The notes under the pieces are model-generated. The model had not been told where the DNA came from and ran no database searches. It saw nothing but the letters and a program-made list of their open reading frames with translations. A stretch of DNA of 64,000 nucleotides from the UHGV virus genome UHGV-1363143; one strand, written 5' to 3'. Below are positions 21,857-32,005 of the stretch, piece by piece. Made by a program: the position numbers and the translations under genes. The stretch's first letter is position 1. Every line of letters begins with the position of its first letter. This DNA comes from a virus.

Positions 21857-22182
21857 TGAGATCTCTCCTTTTGTTTTAAAAAATATTTATATTTCTTCCC
21901 ATTTAGGGATACATACATATTATTATGACTTGTTTTACTTAAGTGAAGTTTTAAAGCTGGTATATAATGTTTAGCAGCAAATACTTCTCTTAAACCATTT
22001 TTCGAATTATAGAATATTGGCATATATTCTATTTGATTACTTTCTAAATAATCTAAAATTATTACTTTTGTTAATGTGCTATGAGGTTTCCCATTCATAC
22101 TATATAATCCAAATGCTTCAGCTATTTCTTTTGGATATAACATATGCTCTTCAGTTTTTATTTCTAAATAAAACTTATACAT
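21844..22182 (-). CDS. hypothetical protein (112 aa)
   Basis: ORF. Confidence 0.35.
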   Translation of the reverse strand: MYKFYLEIKTEEHMLYPKEIAEAFGLYSMNGKPHSTLTKVIILDYLESNQIEYMPIFYNSKNGLREVFAAKHYIPALKLHLSKTSHNNMYVSLNGKKYKYFLKQKERSQCHI

Positions 22183-22559
22183 TAGAATGGATCATCTTTT
22201 TGATTAGATATATATTTATTGATTAAATCTTTATACATATCTTCTCTCATAGCTAAATAATCTTGTTCAGAAATAAATGGTGGTCTATTTCCTTCAAAAA
22301 TAGGTTTTACTAATGATTCTAATATTTCTTTTACAAGAAAAAATCTTACTTGTTCTCCCATAACATCATTAAATATTTTTTTAAATGCAGCTAAACTCGA
22401 TACCTTTTTCACAAATTCATTTGCAAGATTTTCATATTCTTTGATTTCTTTATATCCATTTGCTTGTACTATTTTTAACTTATTTAATGCTTCTGGATTA
22501 TCAGCATTAGCTACTGGCTCTGTTTTTTTTAAGCTTATGTTAATAACATTTGATGACAT
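22182..22559 (-). CDS. hypothetical protein (125 aa)
   Basis: ORF. Confidence 0.35.
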   Translation of the reverse strand: MSSNVINISLKKTEPVANADNPEALNKLKIVQANGYKEIKEYENLANEFVKKVSSLAAFKKIFNDVMGEQVRFFLVKEILESLVKPIFEGNRPPFISEQDYLAMREDMYKDLINKYISNQKDDPF

Positions 22560-22569
22560 ACATTACCTC

Positions 22570-24228
22570 CTAACCTCTTTTTAAATCATCTATTGAAAGA
22601 ATTCTTGATATTTCTTTATTATTGTTAATATTACAACCATATTCATTGATTAATTGATTACTAAATCTAGCTCTACTTTTTGCATATTCATTTAGTGCTG
22701 CAATTTTTTCTCTAGATGATTTGGCTACAGGAATAACTTCAACACAAGCTTTTTGAATATCTTCTTGTGTAATTTCTTTATTGCCATCTTTTCTGTATCT
22801 AGAAAAAGCTTTCTTTAATGTATTCTTAACAGCTTCTTTGATTTCTGCTCCAGTAAAATCATTTGTTATGTCAGCAGCATAAGTTAATAAAGAATCGTCT
22901 AAACTTTTTCCTAACTTATTAAAATGTATATTAAATATATCTTTTCTTTCATCCTTTTCAGGTAATCCAAAATACCATATAGCATCTAATCTACCAGCTC
23001 TAGTAAGTTCAGGTGGTAATTGTGACACATCATTTGATGTCATAACCACAAATACTCCATGATCTTCTGCTAAGAATTCTAATATAGCTCCTATTGATCT
23101 TGCCATAGTACCTGCATCACTTGAACCACTTGATTGCATACCTGATAAAGTTTTTTCTACTTCGTCAATCAATAATACACATGGAGCTGTAGCCTTTATC
23201 ATTCTAATAGCTTGAGCCATATTTTTTTCTGAACTACCCACTTTTGAATCTAAAATTTTTGACATATCTAATTTTAAAAATGGAAGGCTCATTGATGTAG
23301 CTAAAGCTTCAGCTAATAAAGTTTTTGCAGATCCTGGTACACCTAATGCTAAATATCCTTTTGGTTTTACACACCCAAATTCCATTGCCTCTGGTGTCAT
23401 AGCATCCATTACTTCATCAATCCAAGATTTAAAACCAGCATTTCCTCCAATTTCATCAAGACTTGAATTTGGGATTTTATAATCTAGCACATTTGATTTT
23501 TTTACCAGCTCTATCTTATAATTGCTAATTTCATCTACAGAGATTGTTTTATTTTTAACCAATGATATTCTAAAACTACACGCTATTTCTTCCAATGTCA
23601 ATCCTTTACAGGAATTTATTATCAATTCTTTATCCTCTTCACTGACTGGAATGAAGCCTGGTGTTCGTTGACCTGCCATTAAAGCTGCATTAAGAATGTT
23701 CCTAATTAAATTTTCGTCAGGTGTATTATAATCAACTACTGAGAAGATTTTTTCATGTTCTATTGGTATCTCTGTTACTGGAGAAATTATAATAATTGTA
23801 TTATAGTTTAGGTACTTTCCTTCAACTATATCTCTAAGCATTCTTTTTATATTTGGATTATCTATCATAAGATGAAAGTCTTTTAATATGAAGATATTAT
23901 TTTTATCTTCAATTACAGTTTGTCCATCCTCTTTCATCATTTCAATAGTTTCATCATCCATTTCTATACCTCTAGTAATGTCGTATATAGTTTTTAATAA
24001 TTTATCGACACCAATAGAAGGATCTAGTTTATTTTCTCTATTTGAAGTTAATTCTACCTTCTTTATACCAGTAGCAAATGAATGAACATATATTGGCATA
24101 GGTATTCTTAAAGCTGTAGAAACTTCTTTTATGTCATTAATAACTGCTTCTTCTTCATATGTATTTATCCAAATACATTTTGCCTTAGCGTTTATTAAAT
24201 TTAAAACTTCGTTCATACACTCTCTCAT
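22570..24228 (-). CDS. AAA+ ATPase (classical AAA domain at the C-terminus)
   Basis: LGVPGSAKT Walker A, LLIDEVEK Walker B, and a second region of homology SNDVSQLPPELTRAGRLD. Confidence 0.7.
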   Translation of the reverse strand: MRECMNEVLNLINAKAKCIWINTYEEEAVINDIKEVSTALRIPMPIYVHSFATGIKKVELTSNRENKLDPSIGVDKLLKTIYDITRGIEMDDETIEMMKEDGQTVIEDKNNIFILKDFHLMIDNPNIKRMLRDIVEGKYLNYNTIIIISPVTEIPIEHEKIFSVVDYNTPDENLIRNILNAALMAGQRTPGFIPVSEEDKELIINSCKGLTLEEIACSFRISLVKNKTISVDEISNYKIELVKKSNVLDYKIPNSSLDEIGGNAGFKSWIDEVMDAMTPEAMEFGCVKPKGYLALGVPGSAKTLLAEALATSMSLPFLKLDMSKILDSKVGSSEKNMAQAIRMIKATAPCVLLIDEVEKTLSGMQSSGSSDAGTMARSIGAILEFLAEDHGVFVVMTSNDVSQLPPELTRAGRLDAIWYFGLPEKDERKDIFNIHFNKLGKSLDDSLLTYAADITNDFTGAEIKEAVKNTLKKAFSRYRKDGNKEITQEDIQKACVEVIPVAKSSREKIAALNEYAKSRARFSNQLINEYGCNINNNKEISRILSIDDLKRG

Positions 24229-24255
24229 ATGTTTGTCTCCTTTCCTGTGTGTTAA

Positions 24256-25131
24256 CTAAAAATCAAAATCAGCAAATAAATTATTTACAATATCTTGATC
24301 TGCGTTATTGGTATTAAACATAGATTCTCTACTAGCAAGCAATTCTGCTCTTTCATCAAAATAGAAATCATAATCTAATATATTATTGTTTGTTTCTGCT
24401 ATTATTGGTTCATCACAAGGAACAGAATAGCAATTAGTTACTTTAAGTTTATACTGTCTTATTATTCCTTCTGTATTACTTATGATATCAAAATCATTAA
24501 TTACGAAATTATAATGACCAGTAAAAAATTCTATTTTTGATACATTTATATCTTTTAATGAGATATAAGATACTACATCATTTAAGTTAATTAGAAATTC
24601 ATTATCATCACTTAATGAAGTTTCAAAGCTATTAATAATTGCTACAACTTCATTATTTGTATTTATGATTCTTCCAACAAAATCATATTTTTTATCTGCA
24701 AGAATCTCTCCAGTGAATGCGAAGAAATCTCTCATTAATTCGTCTATTGCCTTTCTTTTAACTTCTAATATTAATTCATGTTCTTCAAAAGAACGATTTT
24801 GGTATATAGTTTCACATAATGCATCTGTAAAATCCTGAATTTCTATCTTTGCTGCAGTAGCTTTATGATCATTAATTATTGCAGATACATTAACATTAAT
24901 AGGATCTATATCTTTATTGAATTCACATACAAACGATATTTCTGTTTTACCATTTTTGCATGTAGCTTTATTAATAGTATCTACTTTTATAGGAACTATA
25001 ACTGCTTTAGACACTTCTTCTAGTAGCAAATAATCATATGTTCCATCATCTTCACATACAAAACTAGCATAAACACCTTCTTTACCAGTCAAATCTACTT
25101 GTTGTATACTATTTCTTTCATATAAAGCCAT
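24256..25131 (-). CDS. hypothetical protein (291 aa)
   Basis: ORF immediately downstream of the radical-SAM activase-like gene. Confidence 0.4.
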   Translation of the reverse strand: MALYERNSIQQVDLTGKEGVYASFVCEDDGTYDYLLLEEVSKAVIVPIKVDTINKATCKNGKTEISFVCEFNKDIDPINVNVSAIINDHKATAAKIEIQDFTDALCETIYQNRSFEEHELILEVKRKAIDELMRDFFAFTGEILADKKYDFVGRIINTNNEVVAIINSFETSLSDDNEFLINLNDVVSYISLKDINVSKIEFFTGHYNFVINDFDIISNTEGIIRQYKLKVTNCYSVPCDEPIIAETNNNILDYDFYFDERAELLASRESMFNTNNADQDIVNNLFADFDF

Positions 25132-25141
25132 ACTGTACCTC

Positions 25142-25822
25142 CTATCCTATAAAATAAGTCTTACATTCTAAATCTTTTAAGATATATTGCAAGTCATTGC
25201 TATTAGTTAAGAACATGCTATCTATATCTCTCATGGCAAATCCATACTTCTTTTTTGTATTCCATATAATTTGATTTCCTGAGCCTACTGAACTTAATAA
25301 TCCATCTTCTTTTTCTCCATCCCATAGTCTTTCATCTTGCTTATACTCCCCATCAACTATAATATCTACGATTTTAGCTAATCTTCCTAGCTTATCTCTG
25401 AATATACTTTCTGGAGTTAAAGCTGAATTAACTATAAGACCTTTACCTATATACTTCTTTAGTTCTAAATGAGTATAAATCATAATGTGAAATCCATATT
25501 TTTTAAGTTCTTCACACAAAATTAGTAGATTATCTATTTGATCAGTTGGTTCACCTCCACCAATAGTTATATATTTATTAGGAGCAAATTCATTTATATG
25601 TTTAGCCATATCTATTGGATTGTGACTAATTTCTGCTTTTGAAACATCCCATGTACTGCTGTTAAAACAACCTTTACATGGATTACCTAGCATAGCCTTT
25701 TTACATCCTAATAAAAATATCTCTGTTCTATTATTATCATCTGGACTAGGGCCTGCAGTTTTTACACTCCATCTTACATCCCTCAATAATAATCCATTTA
25801 AATCATTGTTAGCCTTGTACAT
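25142..25822 (-). CDS. NrdG/PflA-family radical SAM activase-like protein (second paralog, divergent cluster motif)
   Basis: GCKKAMLGNPCKGCFNSSTWD aligns with the NrdG GCSMGCPGCHNTHTW but carries a 4-residue insertion, and IGGGEPT matches SGGDP. Confidence 0.5.
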   Translation of the reverse strand: MYKANNDLNGLLLRDVRWSVKTAGPSPDDNNRTEIFLLGCKKAMLGNPCKGCFNSSTWDVSKAEISHNPIDMAKHINEFAPNKYITIGGGEPTDQIDNLLILCEELKKYGFHIMIYTHLELKKYIGKGLIVNSALTPESIFRDKLGRLAKIVDIIVDGEYKQDERLWDGEKEDGLLSSVGSGNQIIWNTKKKYGFAMRDIDSMFLTNSNDLQYILKDLECKTYFIG

Positions 25823-25835
25823 AGTTTGTTCCTCC

Positions 25836-26045
25836 TTATATTATTGAATATTTCACTATTTGATTTGTTACATCCGTTTCACATGCTGAACAAACATAGA
25901 TAGTTTTTTTATTACCCTTAGTTAATTTAATTCCTGATGGTGTATTAGTTCTTCTTAAAGTAAACACATCATTCTCTTTGAATACTACACCTTTACATTT
26001 AGGGCATTGTATATATTCATTTTCATTAAGCATATTGATTGCCAT
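25836..26045 (-). CDS. hypothetical zinc-ribbon protein (69 aa)
   Basis: CPKC...CSAC. Confidence 0.35.
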   Translation of the reverse strand: MAINMLNENEYIQCPKCKGVVFKENDVFTLRRTNTPSGIKLTKGNKKTIYVCSACETDVTNQIVKYSII

Positions 26046-26096
26046 TGAAACTACCTCTTTTCTCTAAATCTTGATAGCAAAAATAGGGAGGAGCTA

Positions 26097-26852
26097 TTAA
26101 GCTCCTTGTGCTTGCTCTTGAGCAGAAACTAACCCTTTTAAGTAATTTACAAACTCTGAAATGTTTTCAGGCATTAAATAGTTTGTTGTTGGTAAAGCAC
26201 CATTTGAGAAAGTATTTATATAATTATCCATATCTGCTTCAACTAATCCATATTTCTTTTTGAACTCATCTAAATAAGCAAAATCTTCTTTATGTTCATC
26301 TAATGCTTCTTCAGTCCATGGATCTTCATAATTCATTAAATTAAAGAAATAAGCTTCATTTTCATCTCTGTATAATTCTAAGCCTATACCAAACATAGTA
26401 GCAGCTTTTTTAAGAGCATCAGTATTGGCACCTTTAAAGATATTTTCTTGCTCAGATTGTCCTCCAACTAAACATTGTGCTCCAGGAGCTGTTTTTGAAA
26501 TTTGATAAAAGCGTCCAGAATCATCTTGTAGATGAACTGTTAATCTACCTATTACATGAGCAACTGGTTGTTGTGGTTCATATTCAGGTGAATCAAGATT
26601 TACTTTCTTTCCATTTACGTACTTTACTTTTATCATCTTAGGCTCACTTTGTTGGATAAATCTTTCGATTATATCCCATGACCATCCTGTATACCCAAAA
26701 GTAGCGTTTAATTTATCAATAACTGCTTGTCCACTTACATATGTTAAGCTAGTTTTTCCCGCAGGCTTTTGTTTGTGGATATACTCTGGTAATGGAGTTG
26801 CAAGAGCTACTTTTAATTCTTTAGGTGTGTTTATTACTTGTAATTCTGACAT
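26097..26852 (-). CDS. Rad52/Sak-type single-strand annealing protein
   Basis: The LTYVSGQAVIDKLNATFGYTGWSWDI...HVIGRLTV...TDALKKAATMFGIGLELY pattern matches the Rad52 N-terminal domain. Confidence 0.55.
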   Translation of the reverse strand: MSELQVINTPKELKVALATPLPEYIHKQKPAGKTSLTYVSGQAVIDKLNATFGYTGWSWDIIERFIQQSEPKMIKVKYVNGKKVNLDSPEYEPQQPVAHVIGRLTVHLQDDSGRFYQISKTAPGAQCLVGGQSEQENIFKGANTDALKKAATMFGIGLELYRDENEAYFFNLMNYEDPWTEEALDEHKEDFAYLDEFKKKYGLVEADMDNYINTFSNGALPTTNYLMPENISEFVNYLKGLVSAQEQAQGA

Positions 26853-26864
26853 AAATTTGCCTCC

Positions 26865-27320
26865 TTAAGTTTCAATAATTAAATTTGGATTATACTCAGT
26901 CAATGTCAAGCTGTCTATATCATCGTTTTCGATGTTGATTTTAAACATTTTTATATCATTTTCTATCATGAATTTAGTCATAGTTGGCTCAAACTTATCT
27001 GATATAACACATACAAATGCTAAATTACCTGCTACATCAACATAGAAATTTCTGAATTCTAGCTGCTTTTTTAATTCATAAACAAGATCTCTCATTTCTG
27101 AATTATATTTAACTTCGAAGAATACAGGGGCCACATGTTTAAATGGACTTGGTTTAAGTCCGTAGGCCTCCCTGTCTACTTCTAAGTTAGCAGCTATATC
27201 AACTCTAAAATTTCTAAAACTATATTCAGTTCGCCAAAAACGTAGTTGAGGGAAGTAATCTTCCCATGAATCAACTATTTTTTTTACTATGTCTTTTTCC
27301 TTTAATTTGGTTTTAGACAT
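26865..27320 (-). CDS. hypothetical protein (151 aa)
   Basis: ORF. Confidence 0.4.
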   Translation of the reverse strand: MSKTKLKEKDIVKKIVDSWEDYFPQLRFWRTEYSFRNFRVDIAANLEVDREAYGLKPSPFKHVAPVFFEVKYNSEMRDLVYELKKQLEFRNFYVDVAGNLAFVCVISDKFEPTMTKFMIENDIKMFKINIENDDIDSLTLTEYNPNLIIET

Positions 27321-28426
27321 TAATTATTAGAATGACTTTTCTCCATTTTTATTGCTGAAGACATTGTAATAAGTACATCTGATTTATATTTAATAGTGTC
27401 CATAACACTCTTTAAGAAATAGAATCTATTTTTAGTTTCATCATAAACTTCATATAGATTTACATTTTCTCCTTCTGGAGTAACATAATTCATTACTGCA
27501 AGAACTCCAGCTTTCTTTCTAATAGTTTCATTAGCACCTTCTAGGCTAGCAAATTTAACTCTTTCAATTAAACCTTCAGTATCCTTATTTGATAAGCTTT
27601 CGAATAAAGACTTAGTATCTACAAAGTTAACCCATATTTTTTCTCTTAAAGCATTTAATTTGGCTATAGTTTTTTTCATAGCTCCTTCTTGCATGTCTGA
27701 TTCAATAACTATCTTATCTGATTCTTCAATAACTTCTTTTCTGAAGTTTTCCCATTCTTCATCTACAAACTTACTTTTAATAGCTTGTATAGCTTCAGAA
27801 TACTTTATACTAGTAGTTGGCATCTTAAATAAAGTTTCTATTGTTTCAGTAACTTCTGGAGTATCAACTACTTCTTTTGTAGTAGCTTCTTCTGCTTTCT
27901 TTCTAGTTGAAGTTTTTCTACTCTTTGTTTTAGTCTCTTTTTTAGTTTCAGCTTTAGCTTTAGTAGCCTTCTTTTCTTCAACTGCTTCTTTTTTAGTTTC
28001 AGCTTGAGCTGCAGTTGGTTCTTCAACTTTAGTTTCTTTTATATCCTTAATCATTTCTTCAGTAGAAACTTCTTTAGCCTTTTCCTTAACTTCTTCCTTA
28101 GTGTCAGCTTTAGCTTCAACTGGTGCTGGAGTTGGAGAAGTCGCTGGCTTTACTGGTGCTGGTACTGCCCCTGGTTTTGGTACGGCCATTCCTGGTGCTT
28201 TAGGTACTCCTGGGAAACTTGGTTTACCTATAGGTGCAGCTGGTTTACTTGGTACTGCTCCTGGTGCTACAGCTATATTGAATGGTGCTGCTGGTGCAGG
28301 TGTTCCCTTAGGTGCAAATGGATTATTCGTGCTATTAGTCATCTTAGTTCCTCCTGATGTTGCGAATGGATTAACTCCTCCGCCGATTCCTGGTTTATTT
28401 GCTTTAACGTTATCTAAAAAACTCAT
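27320..28426 (-). CDS. hypothetical protein with low-complexity Pro/Ala/Lys-rich N-terminal half
   Basis: 368 aa; residues 1-200 are PAPV / KxEKK repeats and the C-terminal 170 aa look globular. Confidence 0.45.
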   Translation of the reverse strand: MSFLDNVKANKPGIGGGVNPFATSGGTKMTNSTNNPFAPKGTPAPAAPFNIAVAPGAVPSKPAAPIGKPSFPGVPKAPGMAVPKPGAVPAPVKPATSPTPAPVEAKADTKEEVKEKAKEVSTEEMIKDIKETKVEEPTAAQAETKKEAVEEKKATKAKAETKKETKTKSRKTSTRKKAEEATTKEVVDTPEVTETIETLFKMPTTSIKYSEAIQAIKSKFVDEEWENFRKEVIEESDKIVIESDMQEGAMKKTIAKLNALREKIWVNFVDTKSLFESLSNKDTEGLIERVKFASLEGANETIRKKAGVLAVMNYVTPEGENVNLYEVYDETKNRFYFLKSVMDTIKYKSDVLITMSSAIKMEKSHSNN

Positions 28427-28484
28427 AATTCTTGTCTCCTTTATCTTAATTTTTATATAATATTTCTTGTCTTAAATTTACTGT

Positions 28485-29099
28485 TTATATAATTATGTCA
28501 AGCATCTTACTAGCTGCTTCCTCGGCTGTTATGTTTGTAGTATCAATTATTTCTACCTTAGCCTTTCTAGGCTTATAAATATGAATCATATTTAAATAGT
28601 TTAGATTGGCTCCTAATAGATCAACTTTTTCAGAATCTTTGTCCAATCTATTCACTTCATTTCGAAGTTGCATTCTTCTCTTCTTTTCTTCTTCTGATAC
28701 CGTAAAGAAGAAAATAATATTTGGCTCAACTCCATTTAAAGCCTCTTTATTTAAATTGAAGACTTTTTTATGGCCAATACCTTTCATTACACCTTGGTAA
28801 TATAGTGAAGAATATATAAATCTATCACATATAACTGTTTTACCTTGGTCTAATAAATCTTTAATTTTTTTAGTATGCTCTGCTCTACTTGAAGCAAAAA
28901 GATAAGCTTCAGTTAGTGGATCCATATTGTTTTTAAATATTAGCTCTCTAATATCTTCTGCCACAACATTATCTAGTCCACCTGGTTCTCTTGTGAAAAC
29001 TACATTATCATCTGAACCATATAATTCTTTAAGCTTACTAAGTGCTAAAGTCTTACCAGCAAAGTCCATACCTTCGGCTATAATGAATTTCCCAGCCAT
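28485..29099 (-). CDS. tmk: thymidylate kinase
   Basis: P-loop GMDFAGKT, the TREPGG motif, and DRF/Y-type LID context. Confidence 0.8.
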   Translation of the reverse strand: MAGKFIIAEGMDFAGKTLALSKLKELYGSDDNVVFTREPGGLDNVVAEDIRELIFKNNMDPLTEAYLFASSRAEHTKKIKDLLDQGKTVICDRFIYSSLYYQGVMKGIGHKKVFNLNKEALNGVEPNIIFFFTVSEEEKKRRMQLRNEVNRLDKDSEKVDLLGANLNYLNMIHIYKPRKAKVEIIDTTNITAEEAASKMLDIII

Positions 29100-29132
29100 G
29101 CTATCTCACCTCTTCATATTTAAATTATGTTT

Positions 29133-29160
29133 AAAAATAAAAAAAAGCGAATTACTTCGC
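29133..29160 (-). terminator. rho-independent terminator
   Basis: Hairpin agcgaa-ttac-ttcgct followed by U8+ on the minus strand. Confidence 0.55.
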
Positions 29161-29275
29161 TAAAAATTTGAATATTTTAAATGTAAACCTTTTCTTGTAC
29201 TTTGTACCAAAGCAACTATTAGTGCATTTCGGTACATTTTTACATGTATTACAATCTTGAATCATATCTATCACC

Positions 29276-29656
29276 TTACTGAAATATTGAAACCCCTTCA
29301 TTAAATTCTTCTGCAATATCTCTGAAGAAGTCTTTAAATTCAATTTTTTCATTTGTTATTATTGTACAATCAGCTCCAAGGTAATTTAACTTTTCATGTC
29401 CTACTGATGATACAAAAGCTTTTTCTCCATCTTTGATATGCTTTTTAATTAAATTATAGTAATCATTTTCCGAAAATTCTTCGTCACCATCTTCGTCTAT
29501 TGTGCTAAATAATGGTCCATAAATAGCTACTGTCACTTTATTATTAGAAATGTTAAAGAATTCAGTGCCATTAACTCTTTCTAATTCATCCTTAAATGAA
29601 TCTATATCCTTAACTTCAAACCAATTTGATGTTGTATAACTATTATAATCTGCCAT
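29276..29656 (-). CDS. hypothetical protein (126 aa)
   Basis: ORF. Confidence 0.4.
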   Translation of the reverse strand: MADYNSYTTSNWFEVKDIDSFKDELERVNGTEFFNISNNKVTVAIYGPLFSTIDEDGDEEFSENDYYNLIKKHIKDGEKAFVSSVGHEKLNYLGADCTIITNEKIEFKDFFRDIAEEFNEGVSIFQ

Positions 29657-29670
29657 GTTAAATCTCTCCC

Positions 29671-29973
29671 TTAATCTAGATTTTCATTATTCTCTATTCT
29701 TAATCTCAACTCTTCTTTTAATAATCTATAAATCCTAAATTCTTCAGGCCATATGTAAGCTTCATATGCTTCCCTTTCAATTTTCTTTATAGTATTAATT
29801 AGATGAGTATAGTCAAATTCATTTGGAAAAAGCTTTCTTCCATTTTGTGAAACCCAATAACCTTTATTTTGGCGTATACTATACTCTATATCTCTTCCGT
29901 CTTTCATCCTTATTCTAGATCTCATATCAAAGCTATTTCTTAATGATTCATAGTAGCTATTCTCTCTACTCAT
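29671..29973 (-). CDS. hypothetical protein (100 aa)
   Basis: ORF. Confidence 0.4.
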   Translation of the reverse strand: MSRENSYYESLRNSFDMRSRIRMKDGRDIEYSIRQNKGYWVSQNGRKLFPNEFDYTHLINTIKKIEREAYEAYIWPEEFRIYRLLKEELRLRIENNENLD

Positions 29974-29982
29974 AGTTATCTC

Positions 29983-30720
29983 CTAAAAAGGTAACTGTAT
30001 ATTGCCTATCCCACAATTAGGATTTTTAGCTAAAGCAATATTAAAAGCATTATATAAATCAGTTAAGAAATTATCTTTATACATATTTAAGATTTCTTCA
30101 TCAAATTTCTCAGCCATTTGTCTAAAAAATCCTGGATGGAAAGTTGGGATTACAGGATATCCTCTATATTCAAATCCTTGTCCCCTACTTTCTAATATAG
30201 ATATCTTTGTTGTACTTAACGCATTTGATGAAACACTACCAAGAGTTATGATAACCGCTGGATTAAGTGCGTCAATAACTTTATCTATATGAGCTTTACA
30301 AGTAGTACGTTCTTTTACACTAGGAATTCTTTTATTTATAGATCCTTTAACTTCTCTAGCTGGATAACAATTAACACTATTCATCATATAAATAGCATTT
30401 CTATTTGCATTGATTACTCCAAGGGCCCTATTTAGAGTATCACCATCTGTATCCATTAGAGGTAATGTTACTGCATTTCTTTGAAGGTATTGTTCTTCAG
30501 AAACATCATCACTAATCATAAGAATAGATGAATTTATATCTCCATAAGTTATTGTTTTTACTCCGAAGTTACAAAGTTCACAATTATTACAAGATTTAAT
30601 GTCGTTATTAATTTTTTCTAATGCATAGCCTTTAACTATGTTTTGTGTATACTTTATAGGATCTTCAGGGTTAGTCATTTTAACTAAAGCCAAAATTTTA
30701 TCTTCTACTGTAATATTCAT
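29983..30720 (-). CDS. uracil-DNA glycosylase family 4-like protein
   Basis: The CNNCELC Cys motif, the LMISDDVSEEQ region and HPGFF (HPSxL-like) fit the UDG superfamily family 4 layout. Confidence 0.5.
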   Translation of the reverse strand: MNITVEDKILALVKMTNPEDPIKYTQNIVKGYALEKINNDIKSCNNCELCNFGVKTITYGDINSSILMISDDVSEEQYLQRNAVTLPLMDTDGDTLNRALGVINANRNAIYMMNSVNCYPAREVKGSINKRIPSVKERTTCKAHIDKVIDALNPAVIITLGSVSSNALSTTKISILESRGQGFEYRGYPVIPTFHPGFFRQMAEKFDEEILNMYKDNFLTDLYNAFNIALAKNPNCGIGNIQLPF

Positions 30721-31380
30721 CTATAGGCCTCCTTCAGCTAATTTAAATTCTAATTCTTTTATTTTTGCTTTTAATAATTCATTCTCCGCAAACAACTTAG
30801 CTGATTCTGCTTCTTTTAGCATTGCCTTTTTCTCTGCAATGTTTATCTTGTACTCTGCACCTTTTGCTACTCTTCTATCTTCAACCATTGTTTTAACCAT
30901 TGACATTATAGTGTCAGATTCTACTACAATATAGTGGTCACGATCTTCATCCTTAAATGCAAACTTTAAGTACCAAAATTCTTTATCAGCTTCTTTAGCT
31001 TCTTTGTTCAGTTTAATTAACCAACTTTTTTGAATAGTGAATGATTCCTTACCTGGTTGTCTACCTTCATTTTTCTTTTGGTGAGTTTTTAATTCTTCCA
31101 TTATGTTAATAATTCCTCGAATTTCTTCATCACCTTTGATATTACCAGCTCCACTGTTAGGAGTCATTCTTGAGGATACATCACTAAGTAGGTCATGGTT
31201 ATTTACATGATTCCTTGCTTCAAATAATGATCCTTGTCTTTTAGTAACCTTAGCCTTGGCCATAGTCTGTTTTTTCTTAAACTTCGGTTCATAATGATAG
31301 TCTGGTGCTGTACATAAATGGCACTTACTATCTTCATTCTTACAATCTGTTCTACCCCAATCGCAACTCATTTCTTGCAC
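30721..31380 (-). CDS. hypothetical protein (219 aa) with N-terminal CxxC and C-terminal coiled coil
   Basis: ORF; possibly a nuclease or resolvase, but no diagnostic motif was recognised. Confidence 0.35.
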   Translation of the reverse strand: MQEMSCDWGRTDCKNEDSKCHLCTAPDYHYEPKFKKKQTMAKAKVTKRQGSLFEARNHVNNHDLLSDVSSRMTPNSGAGNIKGDEEIRGIINIMEELKTHQKKNEGRQPGKESFTIQKSWLIKLNKEAKEADKEFWYLKFAFKDEDRDHYIVVESDTIMSMVKTMVEDRRVAKGAEYKINIAEKKAMLKEAESAKLFAENELLKAKIKELEFKLAEGGL

Positions 31381-32005
31381 CTCCTATTAAATTTGGTTGT
31401 AGCTTATGTGACAATAATTTAAAATCATTTTTTCCATAAAACCCTACTCTTACTGTACAATACATTTGAAACATATTATTCCATCTTGGTACTGTTTCCT
31501 CATTTTTATATATTAAGTGATTAACAGCTATTAAAGTTGCTTCTTCACCATACATAATTGTATTTAGATTTCTTAATAACTTTGGAACATTTTGATTTAC
31601 TTTCATATCAAAACCATTCTTCTCATTCTCAGTTAATATTTCTGGAATAGAATCTATAATAAAAAGATCTACTACATTAATAGTACTTTTTACAAAATTG
31701 ATAATCTCAGTTTCGTCATTAGTAACACAAAGTATTAGTTTTTCATCTTTTGTTAAGCCTCTTGCTTCTAAAAAACCTAATGATTTAGTAGAAGTAGCTA
31801 TATAAGCTACAACTACTTCTTCATTTTTTAAATTTTCTATAATATCAAATAAGAAGCTAGTTTTACCTATGTCTGGCTCACCAGTTATTTCTGTTATCTT
31901 TCCTATAGGTAATCCTCCTCCTATTAAATTGTCAAATGCATTTATATTTGTTTTTAAGCATTTAAAAGGTCTTTTATTAAGAGGCAATGGAAATCTTGTT
32001 AACAT
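31352..32005 (-). CDS. Sak4-like RecA-paralog ATPase (KaiC/RadA core)
   Basis: FDNLIGGGLPIGKITEITGEPDIGKTSF Walker A in a RecA-like context; about 217 aa, the same size as phage Sak4. Confidence 0.5.
   Translation of the reverse strand: MLTRFPLPLNKRPFKCLKTNINAFDNLIGGGLPIGKITEITGEPDIGKTSFLFDIIENLKNEEVVVAYIATSTKSLGFLEARGLTKDEKLILCVTNDETEIINFVKSTINVVDLFIIDSIPEILTENEKNGFDMKVNQNVPKLLRNLNTIMYGEEATLIAVNHLIYKNEETVPRWNNMFQMYCTVRVGFYGKNDFKLLSHKLQPNLIGGARNELRLG

Noticed and set aside
27660-28460. Three plus-strand ORFs (115-119 aa) antisense to the Pro/Ala-rich gene
   Set aside because: They are compositional artefacts of the low-complexity repeats; their translations are S/F/W-rich nonsense.
29152-29352. 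66-aa ORF overlapping the 3' end of the 29276..29656 gene
   Set aside because: It overlaps a better-supported neighbour and spans the terminator hairpin, so it is likely spurious.
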